64,000 bases of DNA from Tubulanus polymorphus (Eukaryota; Animalia; Nemertea): NCBI RefSeq assembly GCF_964204645.1, contig NC_134032.1, positions 2,876,175 to 2,940,174 on the forward strand, given 5' to 3'. The notes beneath the pieces were generated by a model, which saw only the letters and a program-made list of their open reading frames with translations, was not told the DNA's origin and made no database searches. Of the stretch, positions 27,050 to 40,804 are shown piece by piece. The position numbers and the translations under genes were made by a program. Every line of letters starts with the position of its first letter. Position 1 is the stretch's first letter.

Positions 27050-28835
27050 TTGACATTTCATAGAATCACTGAAAATTCAACAAATAAGTTCCGTGATTGC
27101 CAGGAAAATGTGTTTAGATTACTTAGCGCTTAATAATAAACATTATTCGTTCAATTAAGTGCTATACGATATTTTGAAATGATTAGAATGGGTAAATTTA
27201 TAGGTAAAATTAAGAAGAAGCAAGCCGTTTTAACCAGAATAAATTGACCGAAATTCATTAACCAAAAGAATTGACGTTAAACAGGTAGTACTCTGTAGGT
27301 AGTCTACATTTATTTGATATATACGATCTATCGCTACTAGTTTATAGAAGCTTCATCGGGTCGCTTCTTTAGACTAGCAGAAAAAAACTCGTACTTGCCA
27401 AATAGATAAAGAAAACCCTCAAAGTGCTGCCTGTCAATTTAATAGATATTGAGTTAAGACTTAATTTTGAAATATGTTTAAGCGATTTCTATAGAAAAAC
27501 AAATCAATTTGCTTGTCTCGAATTTTAGTGAAAAAATGTTTTCCACTTTGTACTAAGTTCGATTTGCAGATTATCGAATTTCGACAATAACCGTTGCGTC
27601 TCAATATCCGACTTTAAGAGGACCTATCTCGCGATATTGTCCAAAGATTTGACGTCTCCGGGGTCCTGGGATTAAATCCTTGCCTCGGCCGGTGTAAGTT
27701 TCATAGTCTAGTATTCTAACTGGTGTGATAAGAAATTCTGGTCCACGGTGACATTCAGGTTTCTGTTTCGCTGATAGGAAGTTTATTGGGCGCCAGAGTC
27801 TTACATTAGGTGTACTGATAATCTTGTCTTTGATTTTTTAGATGAACAGTTATTTGTGTATTTAATTCCTAATCTGAACATTTCTTACTAGTACATTGAA
27901 ACTCAGTCATTCGTTATCATATTCCGACAATGGGGCTGATTTGACATTTCATAGGATCACTGAAAACATACTATAATTAGAATTGTCTGTGCGAAAATTT
28001 CAACAAATAAGTTCCGTGATTGCCAGGAAAATGGGTTTAGTTTACTTAGCGCTCAATGATAATCATTATTCGTTCAATTAAGTGCTATACGATATTTTGA
28101 AATGATTAGAATGATATAAAGTCTACATATATTTATAGGGAAAATTAAGAAGAAGCAAGCCGTTTAAACCAGAATAAATTGACCGAAATTCATTAACCAA
28201 AAGAATTGACGTTAAACAGGTAGTACTCTGTAGGTAGTCTACATTTATTTGATATATACGATCTATCGCTACTAGTTTATAGAAGCTTCATCGGGTCGCT
28301 TCTTTAGACTAGCAGAAAAAAACTCGTACTTGCCAAATAGATAAAGAAAACCCTCAAAGTGCTGCCTGTCAATTTAATAGATATTGAGTGAAGACTTAAC
28401 TTTGAAATATCTTTAAGCGATTTCTATAGAAAAACAAATGAATTTGCTTGTCTCGAATTTGACAGAGAAATTTGAGTGAAAAAATGTTTTCCTCTTTGTA
28501 CTAAGTTCGATTTGCAGAATATCGAATTTCGACAATAACCGTTGCGTCTTAAAGTGACTTTAAGAGGACTTATCCCGCGATACCGTCCAAAGATCTTACA
28601 TTAGGTGTACTGATAATCTTGTCTTAGATTTTTTCAGATGAACAGTTATTTGTGTATTTTAAATTCTTAATTTGAATTTTTCTTACTAGTACATTGTAAC
28701 TCAAGTCATTTGTTATCATATTCCGACATGGGGGCTGATTTGAAATTTCATAGAATTCCTTTAAAAATATACTATAAATAGAATTGACTGTGCGGCAATT
28801 TCAATAAATTAATGCCGTGGTTGTTAGGAAAAAAT
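27050..28835. repeat. Tandem duplication of an 800-890 bp unit (two copies plus a partial third)
   Basis: Units start at about 27052, 27944 and 28741; long near-identical blocks; copy 1 has about 150 bp (27650-27800) absent from copy 2. Confidence 0.85.
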
Positions 28836-29904
28836 GATATTGGTGGAAGCTTTATCTAAATAAAGTAAATCTTCAGAGAACTACCAGTTTTACCTCCATT
28901 CAAGTAAAATAAGTAGAAACTTACTAGATTTTAGTTACGTACTTAATTCTCCCCTTAATAAGCTGCGTTCGAATTTGATGGATACACGGTGAATCCGCTA
29001 TTTTCTATCGAACCATAATCATCCGCAAAAAATCATCATGTTTAATGCCTGCGTCATGTTTTATAACATTTATCATTTCTCTCATTCCGCCGTCATTAGT
29101 AGACGGCCTTCTTATAATTATTTTGTTGAATAATGTGAGACCCGTTTGTATAACTTGGATGAGTAAATTAAATTAACACAACATTTCAATAATTCCGTGT
29201 ATAGGAAACTGAAAACATATTTTGTAACCACGATAAATTGCACAGTTGCAATGTTTTATGTATAGTTGAGTCAATTTCTATATTTTGTACACGTTAATTT
29301 GATCCCGTATGTACATATCTTTTATTCTGTCCAGCATTATGCAATTGTTATATACTATTGTATCTGTTAATAAAGCCAATGAGAGTGAGAGTATTTTTCT
29401 AATCTATGCCATAATCATAATGCATTCAGATTATACATACGGTGACACTTTTTCCATGTATATGAACTTGTTGTTAATTTTGTATGTTCTTTTTACACCT
29501 GGTGTGTACATATTTTATGAAATAAAGACTTATTACGATAACCACTTTCGTTGAAAATATTCAGCGTTGTTAGATACAACGCGTGTTTAAAAGTCATGTG
29601 TTCATCAATAAATATTATGAATTGAATATCAAGAATTATGTAAAATTAATCAAACATTTGTGCTTATTAAATTGATAGAAATTTCTAATGGTCAATAAAT
29701 ACATTTTTGATACACGTTGAATACTCTCAAATTATCATTGATGTTTGAACATATGCGATTTCGCACATATTGCAGTGACATTCCTCATCTTATCGTCAAA
29801 ACGGATTTCTTCAAGAGGCACTCTCTTTTCACCATCAAGATTGGGATAAACGCTTATTCGAGGAGCTTATCGATTCACCGCCAAAATTGCGATTTCACGC
29901 TTGG

Positions 29905-31085
29905 GTGCCCCTAGTTTTAGTGCCAAAACAACGATTTCACACTTTTTTGAGGGACGGCCCTCGTTTTAGTGCAATAACAGTGATTTCCCACTTTTTGGAG
30001 GGACGCCCCTCGTTTTAGTGCAATAACAGTCATTTCACACTTTTTGGAGGGACGCCCCTCGTTTTAGTGCAATAACAGTCATTTCACACTTTTTTGAGGG
30101 ACGCTCCTCGTTTTAGTGCCAAAACCGTGATTTCCCACTTTTTGGAGGGACGCCCCTCGTTTTAGTGCAATAACAGTCATTTCACACTTTTTTGAGGGAC
30201 GCTCCTCGTTTTAGTGCCAAAACCGTGTTTTCCCACTTTTTGGAGGGACGCCCCTCGTTTTAGTGCAATAACAGTCATTTCACACTTTTTTGAGGGACGC
30301 TCCTCGTTTTAGTGCCAAAACCGTGATTTCCCACTTTTTGAGGGACGTTCCTCGTTTTAGTGCCAAAACCGTGATTTCGCACTTTTTTGAGGGACGCCCT
30401 TCGTTTTAGTGCCAAAGCTGTAGTTTTCCACTTTTTGAGGGACGCTCCTCGTTTTAGTGTTAAAACCGTGATTTCCCACTTTTTTGAGGGACGCCCCTCG
30501 TTTTAGTGCCAAAACCGTGATTTCGCACTTTTTTGAGGGACGCCCCTCGTTTTAGTGCCAAAGCTGTAGTTTTCCACTTTTTGAGGGACGCTCCTCGTTT
30601 TAGTGCCAAAGCCGTAATTTCCCACTTTTTGAGGGACGCTCCTCGTTTTAGTGTTAAAACCGTGATTTCCCACTTTTTTGAGGGACGCCCCTCGTTTTAG
30701 TGCCAAAACCGTGATTTCCCACTTTTTTGAGGGACGATCCTCGTTTTAGTGCCAAAGCCGTAATTTCCCACTTTTTGAGGGACGCTCCTCGTTTTAGTGT
30801 TAAAACCGCGATTTCCCACTTTTTTGAGGGACGCCCCTCGTTTTAGTGCCAAAGCCGTAATTTCCCACTTTTTGAGGGACGGTCCTCGTTTTAGTGCCAA
30901 AACCGTGATTTCCCACTTTTTTGAGGGTTGCCCCTCGTTTTAGTGCCAAAACAGAGATTTCACACTTTTTTGAGGGACGCCCCTCGTTTAAGTGCCAAAA
31001 CAGCTTACACTTTTTTTAGAGACGCCCCTGTTTAAGTGCCAAAAAATTTGATTTTACACCTTTTTGAGGAACGCCTTCGCTTCAA
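29905..31085. repeat. 48-49 bp minisatellite, about 24 copies
   Basis: Unit CGTTTTAGTGCCAAAACCGTGATTTCCCACTTTTTTGAGGGACGCCCCT. Confidence 0.95.
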
Positions 31086-32663
31086 AACAGCCTCAAAGAA
31101 GATGATTTTTCACGAAAAAAAATCATCAAAACAGAATCAAAAAATGTATCTTTTCGGATTTTACATTATTTTTTCGGACGAGGTTTATTACTGTTTCAGA
31201 CCCCTCGCCGTTACGTATCTCATGCAGTGAAATATAACCCAGTTCACATACTCGGACACTGTGATATCGTCCAGTTTCAAAACGAAGATGGCGGAACCCA
31301 AGGCGTAATTCGGAGAATTCGCAGCGATTTGTGAAGTTGTTGGCAACAACATAATTTTCTTAGCGCGTGATTTAAAGCGTGATTTAAATAGTTTGTAGGA
31401 TTGGTCTTTTGGGTTTTTTTGTTTGAGTCGTTGATTTCTTTGAGCCATATGGATGAATAAAGGGCTTTCATTTTAGATTGCGGTAGATTAATTTTGGATT
31501 GAACCAAACATCTGAGAGGTCGAGGCATTCTAGAAGTAAGTGGAGACTTGTGCACCAGTTCAGGGTAGAGTGCATAGGCATTAGGTTTTCAGGATATGCT
31601 TTATGTACCATAGTCGAACTGTCTATTTTAGAGATGCGCAGCCAGTATTTGACCGTAGTGGCAAGAAGGTTATAAGTAGAGGGAACTGTCCCAGATCACC
31701 GCGAACAGCTGCATTAACAGAGCGTTTTTTTACCCCGAGTAGAGACTTGCCAAATTTGATGAACGATTTTCGCAGGGTAGATAGTTTCATAATATTGTAA
31801 AAGTGAGATGGTATATTACACAGGGGATTGGTTACAGCCAGACATTACTTGCCAGATCATTCATTCAATCAAAATGTCCGAAGCTACGATCAAGTTACCG
31901 AACGATGGCAATTCATTCATTATAAAACGGAAACCTATGCAATGTAAGGCAATGGTTATAGCATCTTATAGAGCCAATATTCATGTGATGTCATGGTTAC
32001 AAAAAGGCAGGACCGCGACGAGTGAGGGTTCGGGGTAGCGGACGAACCCCCTGAAATTTTTCAAAATTAACATTTATTTTTCATGTTTTTTTTTCTTTGG
32101 AAGATGATAAGCCTTAGCTTTGTTTCTCATCTTCTTCCAGCGGACCGAATTTCAGCTATTCCGACCGTTCCAACTATAAGTCGATGATAGATGTGAGTAT
32201 ATTTCGCAAGATTTCTGATATTTTATTCGTGCCAAATTGTGTCAACCATAAAGTAACTTTATTTCTCTAACAGTAGATAGCTATCATGAATAAGACTGTA
32301 TTCGTATCAAATTAATTAAACAAATATGCGAGAGTGCACCATCAATCCTATATGGCGATTAGTTTGACAGTATCTCTAATGAATGAAGAATAGCTATCAC
32401 CAGTAAGACTTGTAAATTAGACATTTTGTAACCACACGGATCTCTTTCTCGTGAAATTAATTTATCGATTCATCAGAGAATGCAGCCATTCCATGCAGTG
32501 GAGACGATCATCCATTAATATTACATGGAAATATGAGGGTTAAGATTTGGATGCTAATTTGATTTGCTAGAATTTGATGGCAAACAAGAAATTACAATAG
32601 GATATAACACTTAGAAGTTTCTAATAGATTTGTTACTTCTAACGTGCTACGTGTTGATCCGAG

Positions 32664-33595
32664 ATGAATTATACTGAGATGCACTTAGTTGGACGACCTT
32701 ACAGCAGTTACATCGTTCTAATGGCATTGGTGAACAAGTCTGGCACCTACCGTACAGTTTCATTGGTCATATTGCTTGTCATGTTCTTGTTAGGAGCGTT
32801 TGGAAATTCGGCTACATTCCTGATAATGATAAGTCGCAGATTCCGCAGTTTATCTTACGCTAACTACCTGATCGCTTTGTCTATCAGTGATTTAGTGTTC
32901 TGTGTTGGTTTTACGCTGATGCCTATTTTACAGTTTGTTCACTTTAGTCTAAATACTGCTCAAATAATCATGGTAAATTCACTGATCAGTTGTCAAATAT
33001 ACGAATTCTTAATAAATTCGATGGGCGCCAATAGTGCCTGGTTAATAGTAGCGATATCTCTAGAACGTGCGGCAGTTGTTCTCTTCCCGTTCACATCTCG
33101 TTTGATATGTACACCAAGATTCGCCCGATGCGTCATTGCTTTTATGTCCACAATAAATGCATTCGTAATTGGTGTTCATCCAGTAGCAACAATGAAATTT
33201 ATTTTTCCTTTCGGATGTTACTACAAGTCTTGGGACCAAACCTTACTTTTTATGATATGTGTAATATACGTTTTTCTTGTACCGTTAACTTTCATAATAA
33301 TATCAAATTCTGTCATAATAATTCAGTTATTCAGGGGTTCAAAAATGGTTTCGTCCGATCAGAAATTACAAAATCAAAACGTACAACAATAATGCTTCTA
33401 ACAGTTTCACTCGCATTTGCAACTTATACACTGCCAAACTCGCTGGTCGTACTTTTACAAATCTCACCGGAACATACAGACTTCCTCATAGATATTTCCT
33501 CCCAGTTCGAATCATGTAATTATGTCATCAATTTCTACATATACCTTTTACTGGGACAAGAAATTCGTGAATATTTCTGTATGAAAATCCGCTGA
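32664..33595 (+). pseudogene. Intronless rhodopsin-like (class A) peptide-receptor-type GPCR split by one frameshift in the third intracellular loop (about 33330-33390)
   Basis: TM1 GN, TM2 LSISDL, TM3 SLERA, TM5 P in ORF 32664-33392; TM6 (MLLTVSLAFATYTLP) and TM7 (NYVINFYIY) in the overlapping frame ending 33595. Confidence 0.85.
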
Positions 33596-35070
33596 AGAAA
33601 TTCATTAAAATAACCATCCATTTCAAGTTTTGATTTATTCAGCGAAGATAATATAAAGCTTTAAAACAGTTTCATGAATTCATCGTCGAGCTAATAATTA
33701 CTGTACCGACCAACGGCCCCTATATGACCTTATTTCTTATGATACACGCGCGTTCCTCTCTCATTCCATAACCAACCTCCACTTTAATATCGTATATTGC
33801 CTGCCTATAGTCCGTTCAGTCGGTTTTCCAGAGTCGAAGTGTCAGGTCCGGTATACGGAAGAAATGACCCGAGAAAAAATGTCCCCAGAAAAAATAACAA
33901 TTATAAATATAGCTGCAAAGCAGCGACAACGGGTTTTCTGCAAATCTGCACCATGCCATTCAGGTTGATAGAAATTATTGAAAATTTAAATGCCGATACA
34001 TGAAATATAATGTATTGACAGATTCGAACCTAATATACAACCACTGTGTCAACGTCCAATGTTATTCAGTTTTGAAACCGTACTTACGTGGACGTAAAAT
34101 CGATAAATATGAATTGATTAGAACAAGCATTTATTTTGTATCACTGCGCTTAAAATAGATCTGTTCTATTAAGAAACCATCTTAAGAATCGGCTGACTCA
34201 ATAGGTATTCAATACATTTACTGATATAGTAACGTATTAGGATTTAGAATAAGTTTCAAGGAATTAATCTTTTTATTGAAATATTTGAATAAATACATAT
34301 ATTGTATTGTAGATTCAATCGATTGATTATGAATTGCTTTGGTCTGGGTATTGGGCCGATGTTGATCTTGGCTTTTATGGATTACTAATTCTATACTGAT
34401 GAACAATTTAAACCTTGCAACACGTGCGTAAATATCAAAGCTATTCCACTAGTTAATAAACTGTTAGTCACTGCAAACTATTCAAGTGTTATGTCGATTG
34501 TGTTAATCGCTTTGCTTGAGTTGAACGATTCAGACCGTAAATGATGCAACATCGGTCGAAAAGAGTTGGTGTTGACTGACTGCCCTTGACCATTTATCTT
34601 CATGTGTTTGACATCAGCATATACCCATGAACCGCAAAATATTCATAGAACATGAAAACCTATATACATGTATACAGTATTCAAACTTTCACTGATGTTG
34701 GATATTTGAATGAACATTGGCTTATTTCAATATTCTAAAGCACGAAATAATAAGCCCAATCAATAGGCCCTATTCCCATTGGAATAATGCGTTCAGCTGT
34801 ACCGTACACTCATCTGTCGAGATTGGAGAAATCGGTATACTAAACCTGTGTACAGGCCTACATAATGATTTCTTGTTTTCTTGTATACAAGCCGTGATCA
34901 CATGAACGTTTTGGATCGAGGTTTGACTATAAAAGTCAGGTCAGCAGACAAGGCCTGAGCAAAATGTAATCACATGGCTCAATTAGCCTTTGTGTGCGAA
35001 TACTTTAAGGTAGGGAAACACGAGCGTATTTTTTCGCCCGATCGCGACGATTAAATTCGCCAGTGAATTC

Positions 35071-37352
35071 GTGGTCCCTGAACTTCGCTGAAAAAGCTGA
35101 ATCAATGAAACGCTGAAACATTGAAATAAAAACGCTGAAATTTCAGGGGATTTCCAAAAAACGCTGAAATCGTCCTAGGTACGGACAATACACGTTTTGA
35201 AATATTTTCCGGGCCGGTGTCCGCTGCCGAGTTCTGAACCGTGTTTTAGTCTCTACCTTCGGTTACAGAGACATGCATGGACAGTATGTGTGGAGTATAC
35301 TTCTAGAGGGCCACTTATTGGACAAATTAATTCGCTTGAAATTCGGATTTTTAATGCATACAGGCAGCATAATGAGGAAAACCCATTCACAAACCGTGCA
35401 AGCCAACTTAAACACTATGCTCAATATTCTCTGCAAGACGCGAAATATCTTATTTGAACGTTCATGTATAAAACTATAGCAACTTTTCTTTTGTCAACAC
35501 GTTGATGGGCGACGGACTATGGTATTCTCTGAAGGAGGTAAATTAAATTAGACAGCTAGTTATATAAATGATGCAGCTTTTGGACAAAAGGGATCTAACT
35601 AAATTTCTTTTTAATTCACCGTGGAATGGAATGGATTGACGCCAATGGCATGCAGTAGGCCCCTACGTATGGGTCATACTGATTAGCGTCAACCAATTAA
35701 TATAAATCGGGCAAACTATTCAACAACTGTGAATAATTTATTTGCTGTGGTGTGATAATTAGTTTTTTTTGAAGAAATGACATACCAACTGTTAGAAAAA
35801 TGTACCGATTCTTATTTTAAGACTACTACTGAATCTATAAAAGGAGGAGTCATAGACAAAGTTGATTTGCTTAGCTGCAGATACTTCTTGTCAAGTACAT
35901 CATCTCAAGTACTGGGTGTTTTGTAAGTTTAATTTCAGTATTTATTTACTAAGTGCTGTTCCCTCGGACCTCAGTGCTTTCAAACTAGGCCCACCCCATA
36001 GGCTATATAGTCCAGGGTGTATTAGCCACTATTCTTTTATTTCCTACTTAAATGCACCTTTTTCTATTTTTAGACTCAGGCTTAGAATGTGCAAATTTTT
36101 TTGTGAGATACTGAGAAATCAGCTGGCACCAGTAAACTTCAACTGCGAAATTTGCAGCAGGATAGCTGAACGACACAATTTTAAAAAATAAAATAGGTAT
36201 TCGAATGTTATTTCAATAATAACTTGATTCAACCAGAGAGAAATAAGTCAATTGCGGATGTACAGTACACCCACTTTTCTTCCCTGTTTCCTGGTACCAA
36301 ATTTTTAGTCTTAAGCTAATCGATATTCTAAGGTATGCTAGTGGATTTCATTAGAATATAAATGGAACCAGAATTCTAGCCCGAGTTAAGCGAACTATTG
36401 ATTCTGATATAATGTAAGAACTGATTTCCTTTGTGTACTCTTGCAGAATGTGTTATGTATTATTTCAAGCTGTTAAATAATATAGTTAGACAAACGTCCA
36501 ATTATTGGATCTTTCTTGTTGATTCGTTCAATTTTGTGAGTTTAGAGTTCCAGTCAATCCACAATGTGCAGTGCCTAGCCTTCATTTACACTAAAGCCAA
36601 GCCTGTGTATGGGAAAATGTCGTTCGACTCCTATAAGCCAGACAAATCAAAGCATGCAATACATTGCAGATAGTAGTCTCCAGCAAGTTGAAAGAGAAAG
36701 TAAACCAGGTTTTACCCCGTACCCTACCCGTTTACGAAATACACTTCAAGACTCCTTCCTCCTTGTAGAAATATGGCACCCAATCGTAGCAATGCTAAGT
36801 ACAGTATACTATGACCGTTGAACATTTATTAACGAATTTCAATGACACCGCTAATAGAATCAAATAATCATAAGTTCCATGCTAGCACTTAATTTGGGAT
36901 ATCAGGTTCAGCCTAACTGCACTTTCATTCAGCTACTACTTTTATGAGACTTGGCAATGATAAGTTGCAAGAAATCACCAAACATAAGAATAAATATTGT
37001 GAATTAATATTACTGTAATTAAGAATTTATTCAAATGAAGTGATAACTTCATTGTTAGATCGTACCGGTATATGCACATAAAACTATGGCAATAAAACAC
37101 ATCTAACAATCCACGCAATCGGCAATCGATCTTGAACATGACGACGACCTTAAGGCATGTCTCTGTAACCGAAGGTAGAGCATAAAACACGGTTCAGGAC
37201 TCGTCAGCGGATACCGGCCCGGAAAACATTTCAAAACGTGTATTGTCGGTACCTAGCACGATTTCAGCGTTTTTCGGAAATTCCCTGAAATTTCAGCGTT
37301 TTTATTTCAGCTTTTCAGTGTTTCAGCTTTTTCAGCGAAGTTCAGGAACCGC
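35071..37352. mobile_element. 2.3-kb non-autonomous DNA transposon with about 200-bp imperfect TIRs
   Basis: 35071-35276 is reverse-complementary to 37155-37352, with internal GCTGAAA repeats; no TSD recognised. Confidence 0.75.
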
Positions 37353-38517
37353 TTACGAAATACAATGAAAATTACAGCGTTAATTCGTTTGAGCTACCCC
37401 GGAATCAATCTCTTTCCTCGTTATTGTAGAGAGCACCTTAGCATTGCAAAAATTTTTAACCTACTAATTTAATCAAAAACTTAACGAATCAGTTAAATAG
37501 AGCTACCCCGGCAACCTGAACTTGTTTTATTTCTACGATATGTAATCTTGCATTAGATTATTTTGTTAAAATGTGTTCTTTTGGTCATCTATCCTACACG
37601 CGTAGTACATGTATTAATAAAGAATATTATACTGAATTCATGATGAGGAGCATGGATGCGCCATTTCATTAAAAAGTTTCATATGTCATGTACTGTAATA
37701 AGAGTCGCGGCCACTAATGGTAATATGTTAACCGATGTTGAAGAAGCTAATTCCCACGGTCAATGTTATAAAATAAAAACTGATTTCAACTGCGTTCACT
37801 GTAAGAGCTGTGGAGATATTTAACAGCGTTCAGTTGAAATCTCATTATTTCTATTCCGTTAGAAGTGTAAAACATCAAGGTCTATAATGATCAAGGCGTA
37901 GCCAGGAGGTCACCAATATTATAAGCTGATTCACGGCTCAAGGAATGCATCCACCATGCATTTGCCTTGTGATATAAATGTGTTTGATAATATTCACTAG
38001 ACCTACCTTTCGGGAACAATACTTTTCTACCTGTTTGTAAGTAATAGGGGTAATGGGCTTTCAAGCCAAAGGTCAAACGGAATGAAAAATATGAAAATAA
38101 TAACAATTTCAACTTGAATTAGTCGCGAAACTCATAAAAAATGAAAAATAATTCTCACACACTCGAATTTATTTTTCATTTTTACTCCCTAGAAAAAAGT
38201 GTGAGTAAAGTGTGAGTGAAATAAATTCGAGCGTGTGAGAATTATTTTTCATTTTTTATGAGTTTCACTCCTAATTCAAGTAGAAATTGTTATTATTTTC
38301 ATATTTTTCATTTTTTATGAACTCGACCATTCAACCTTAAACCTGAAAGCCCATTACCCCTATTACTCTTAGAATATTCATATACATGAATAAAATATAT
38401 ATGAATAACAAATAAATTGATAGATTATTCAATATAAAAGTGTGAGTGAAATAATTCATATTTAAAACATTGAATATTTATATTTGAATGAGTTTTAATA
38501 AAAATTTTGTTATAAAA

Positions 38518-39131
38518 ATGAAGAAAGAAGAAGAACCCAACTTTAAAATCGAAATCAATGAAACCAATAAATCATTTTCACAGTTCAACATTAGAAATTA
38601 TATTTCAGCAACAAATTGTCCGCAAGACATTATAAAATCGATAACATAACTATGATTAATCAAATACTATCAAATGAAACATATTTAATTACTGAACTAG
38701 TAGATACTTTTGATAATGGCGTTAAAAATCCTAAATTGTTCAATACAGTTTTGAATTTTAAAGGAACTTTAGATGAAAACATAATTAATATACTTCAAAC
38801 CCCTTTCAATGAAAGAAATGATAATATAATACTTTCAAAAGATTACAATGATTTGATTAACTTAAGAATTGAAAAAAGACAATTATATTATTTCAATTTT
38901 GATAATAAACAAATTATCTACAATGAAAATTCATCAAATATTGGAATTCAATGTGAATTAGATAATGAAAAATCATATAAAGATATTGCAGTTCAATGTA
39001 ATTTAGATGATGAATTTAGAAAATTCAATCCTAATGAAAAAGTGCATTGTTATTGCGGAGGTAAATATTTAAAATCACAATAATCAAAGCATTATGAAAC
39101 AATTAAACATAAAAACTGGCGTAAAGAGTAA
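38518..39131 (+). pseudogene. Disrupted virus-like ORF with a C-terminal CxCG...H...H zinc finger
   Basis: ATG 38518 (MKKEEEPNFK...), frameshift near 38640, in-frame stop at 39081 inside VHCYCGGKYLKSQ*SKHYETIKHKNW. Confidence 0.6.
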
Positions 39132-39179
39132 CAATTCTACATTATAATTATTGAGTTAAATGATTTAAATATCTAATAG

Positions 39180-40470
39180 ACTGTTAAAATGATAAATTGT
39201 TTGACAGTTGAAATGATAAATTGTTTGGCAGTTGAAATGATATATTGTTTGACAGTTGAAATGATAAATTGTTTGACAGTTGAAATGATAAATCGTTTGA
39301 CAGTTGAAATGATAAATTGTTAGACAGTTGAAATGATAAATTGTTTGACAGTTGAAATGATAAATTGTTTGACAGTTGAAATGATAAATTGTTCGACTGT
39401 TGAAATGATAAGACAGTTGAAATGTTAAATTGTTTAACAGTTGAAATGATAAATTGTTTGACAGTTGAAATGATAAATTGTTTGACAGTTGAAATGATAA
39501 ATTGTTTGACAGTTGAAATGATAAATTGTTTGACAGTTGAAATGATAAATTGTTTGACAGTTGAAATGATAAATTGTTCGACAGTTGAAATGATAAATTG
39601 TTCGACTGTTGAAATGATAAATTGTTTGACAGTTGAAATGATAAATTGTTCGTCTGTTGAAATGATAAATTGTTCGACTATTGAAATGATAAATTGTTCG
39701 ACTGTTGAAATGATAAATTGTTTGACAGTTGAAATGATAAATTGTTTGACAGTTGAAATGATAAATTGTTCGATAGTTGAAATGATAAATTGTTCGACTG
39801 TTGAAATGATAAGACAGTTGAAATGATAAATTGTTTGACAGTTGAAATGATAAATTGTTTGACAGTTGAAATGATAAATTGTTTGACAGTTGAAATGATA
39901 AATTGTTTGGCAGTTGAAATGATAAATTGTTTGACAGTTGAAATGATAAATTGTTTGACAGTTGAAATGATAAATTGTTTGAAAGTTGAAATGATAAATT
40001 GTTTGACAGTTGAAATGATAAATTGTTTGGCAGTTGAAATGATAAATTGTTTGATAGTTGAAATGATAAATTGTTTGGCAGTTGATATGATAAATTGTTT
40101 GACAGTTCAAATGATAAATTGTTTGACAGTTGAAATGATTAATTGTTTGGCAGTTGAAATGATAAATTGTTTGGCAGTTGAAATGATAAATTGTTTGACA
40201 GTTGAAATGATGAATTGTTTGGCAGTTGAAATGATAAATTGTTTGAAAGTTGAAATGATAAATTGTTTGACAGTTGAAATGATGAATTGTTTGGCAGTTG
40301 AAATGATAAATTGTTTGGCAGTTGATATGATAAATTGTTTGACAGTTGATATGATAAATTGTTTAACAGTTGATATGATAAATTGTTTGACAGTTGAAAT
40401 GATAAATTGTTTGACAGTTGAAATGATAAATTGTTTGACAGTTGAAATGATAAATTGTTTGGCTGTAAAT
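39180..40470. repeat. 24-bp minisatellite, about 54 copies
   Basis: Unit TTGAAATGATAAATTGTTTGACAG. Confidence 0.97.
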
Positions 40471-40585
40471 TAAATTGTTATTTGATTTAATCATTTAAAA
40501 GTTTAATATTTTTAAAATGATTATAAAATATTTAATTAAAAACTAGCAAATATTTTATAAACTGTTTAATGTTTCTCTTAAATAA

Positions 40586-40804
40586 ATGGATGGTTTCATC
40601 CCAACTGGGAAAAGTGATTTGAAACATTATTTAGTAGCAGGAGGAATAATATTTGCTGCGCTTTTCTTTTATTATGAAAATATCAGTAAGGATTTGATTA
40701 ATGAAAATATGAAATTGAGAAAGAAATTAAAGAAGTTAAATGGAAACAACCACAGAAAAAATGACAATAAAAAAGTTAATGATTTTAATGATTTGGAGGA
40801 TTAA
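40586..40804 (+). CDS. Small single-TM protein with coiled-coil/basic tail (72 aa)
   Basis: TAAATG start like the Polinton genes; hydrophobic LVAGGIIFAALFFYY. Confidence 0.5.
   Translation: MDGFIPTGKSDLKHYLVAGGIIFAALFFYYENISKDLINENMKLRKKLKKLNGNNHRKNDNKKVNDFNDLED

Noticed and set aside
29905-31085. Possible CRISPR-like array, and ORFs 30503-30900
   Set aside because: Contiguous tandem units with no unique spacers, eukaryotic context, no cas genes
31280-31570. AAGATGGCGG (YY1-like) start followed by coding-like sequence
   Set aside because: Stop after six codons; no recognisable domain
32430-32480. Second CUGAUGA...GAAA hammerhead-like match on the minus strand
   Set aside because: No convincing stem I or stem III pairing
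39184-40473. Long ORFs on both strands (308, 134, 216 aa; TVEMINCL / NCQTIYHF repeats)
   Set aside because: By-product of a 24-bp unit lacking stops in some frames; frames break at the 7-nt deletion variants
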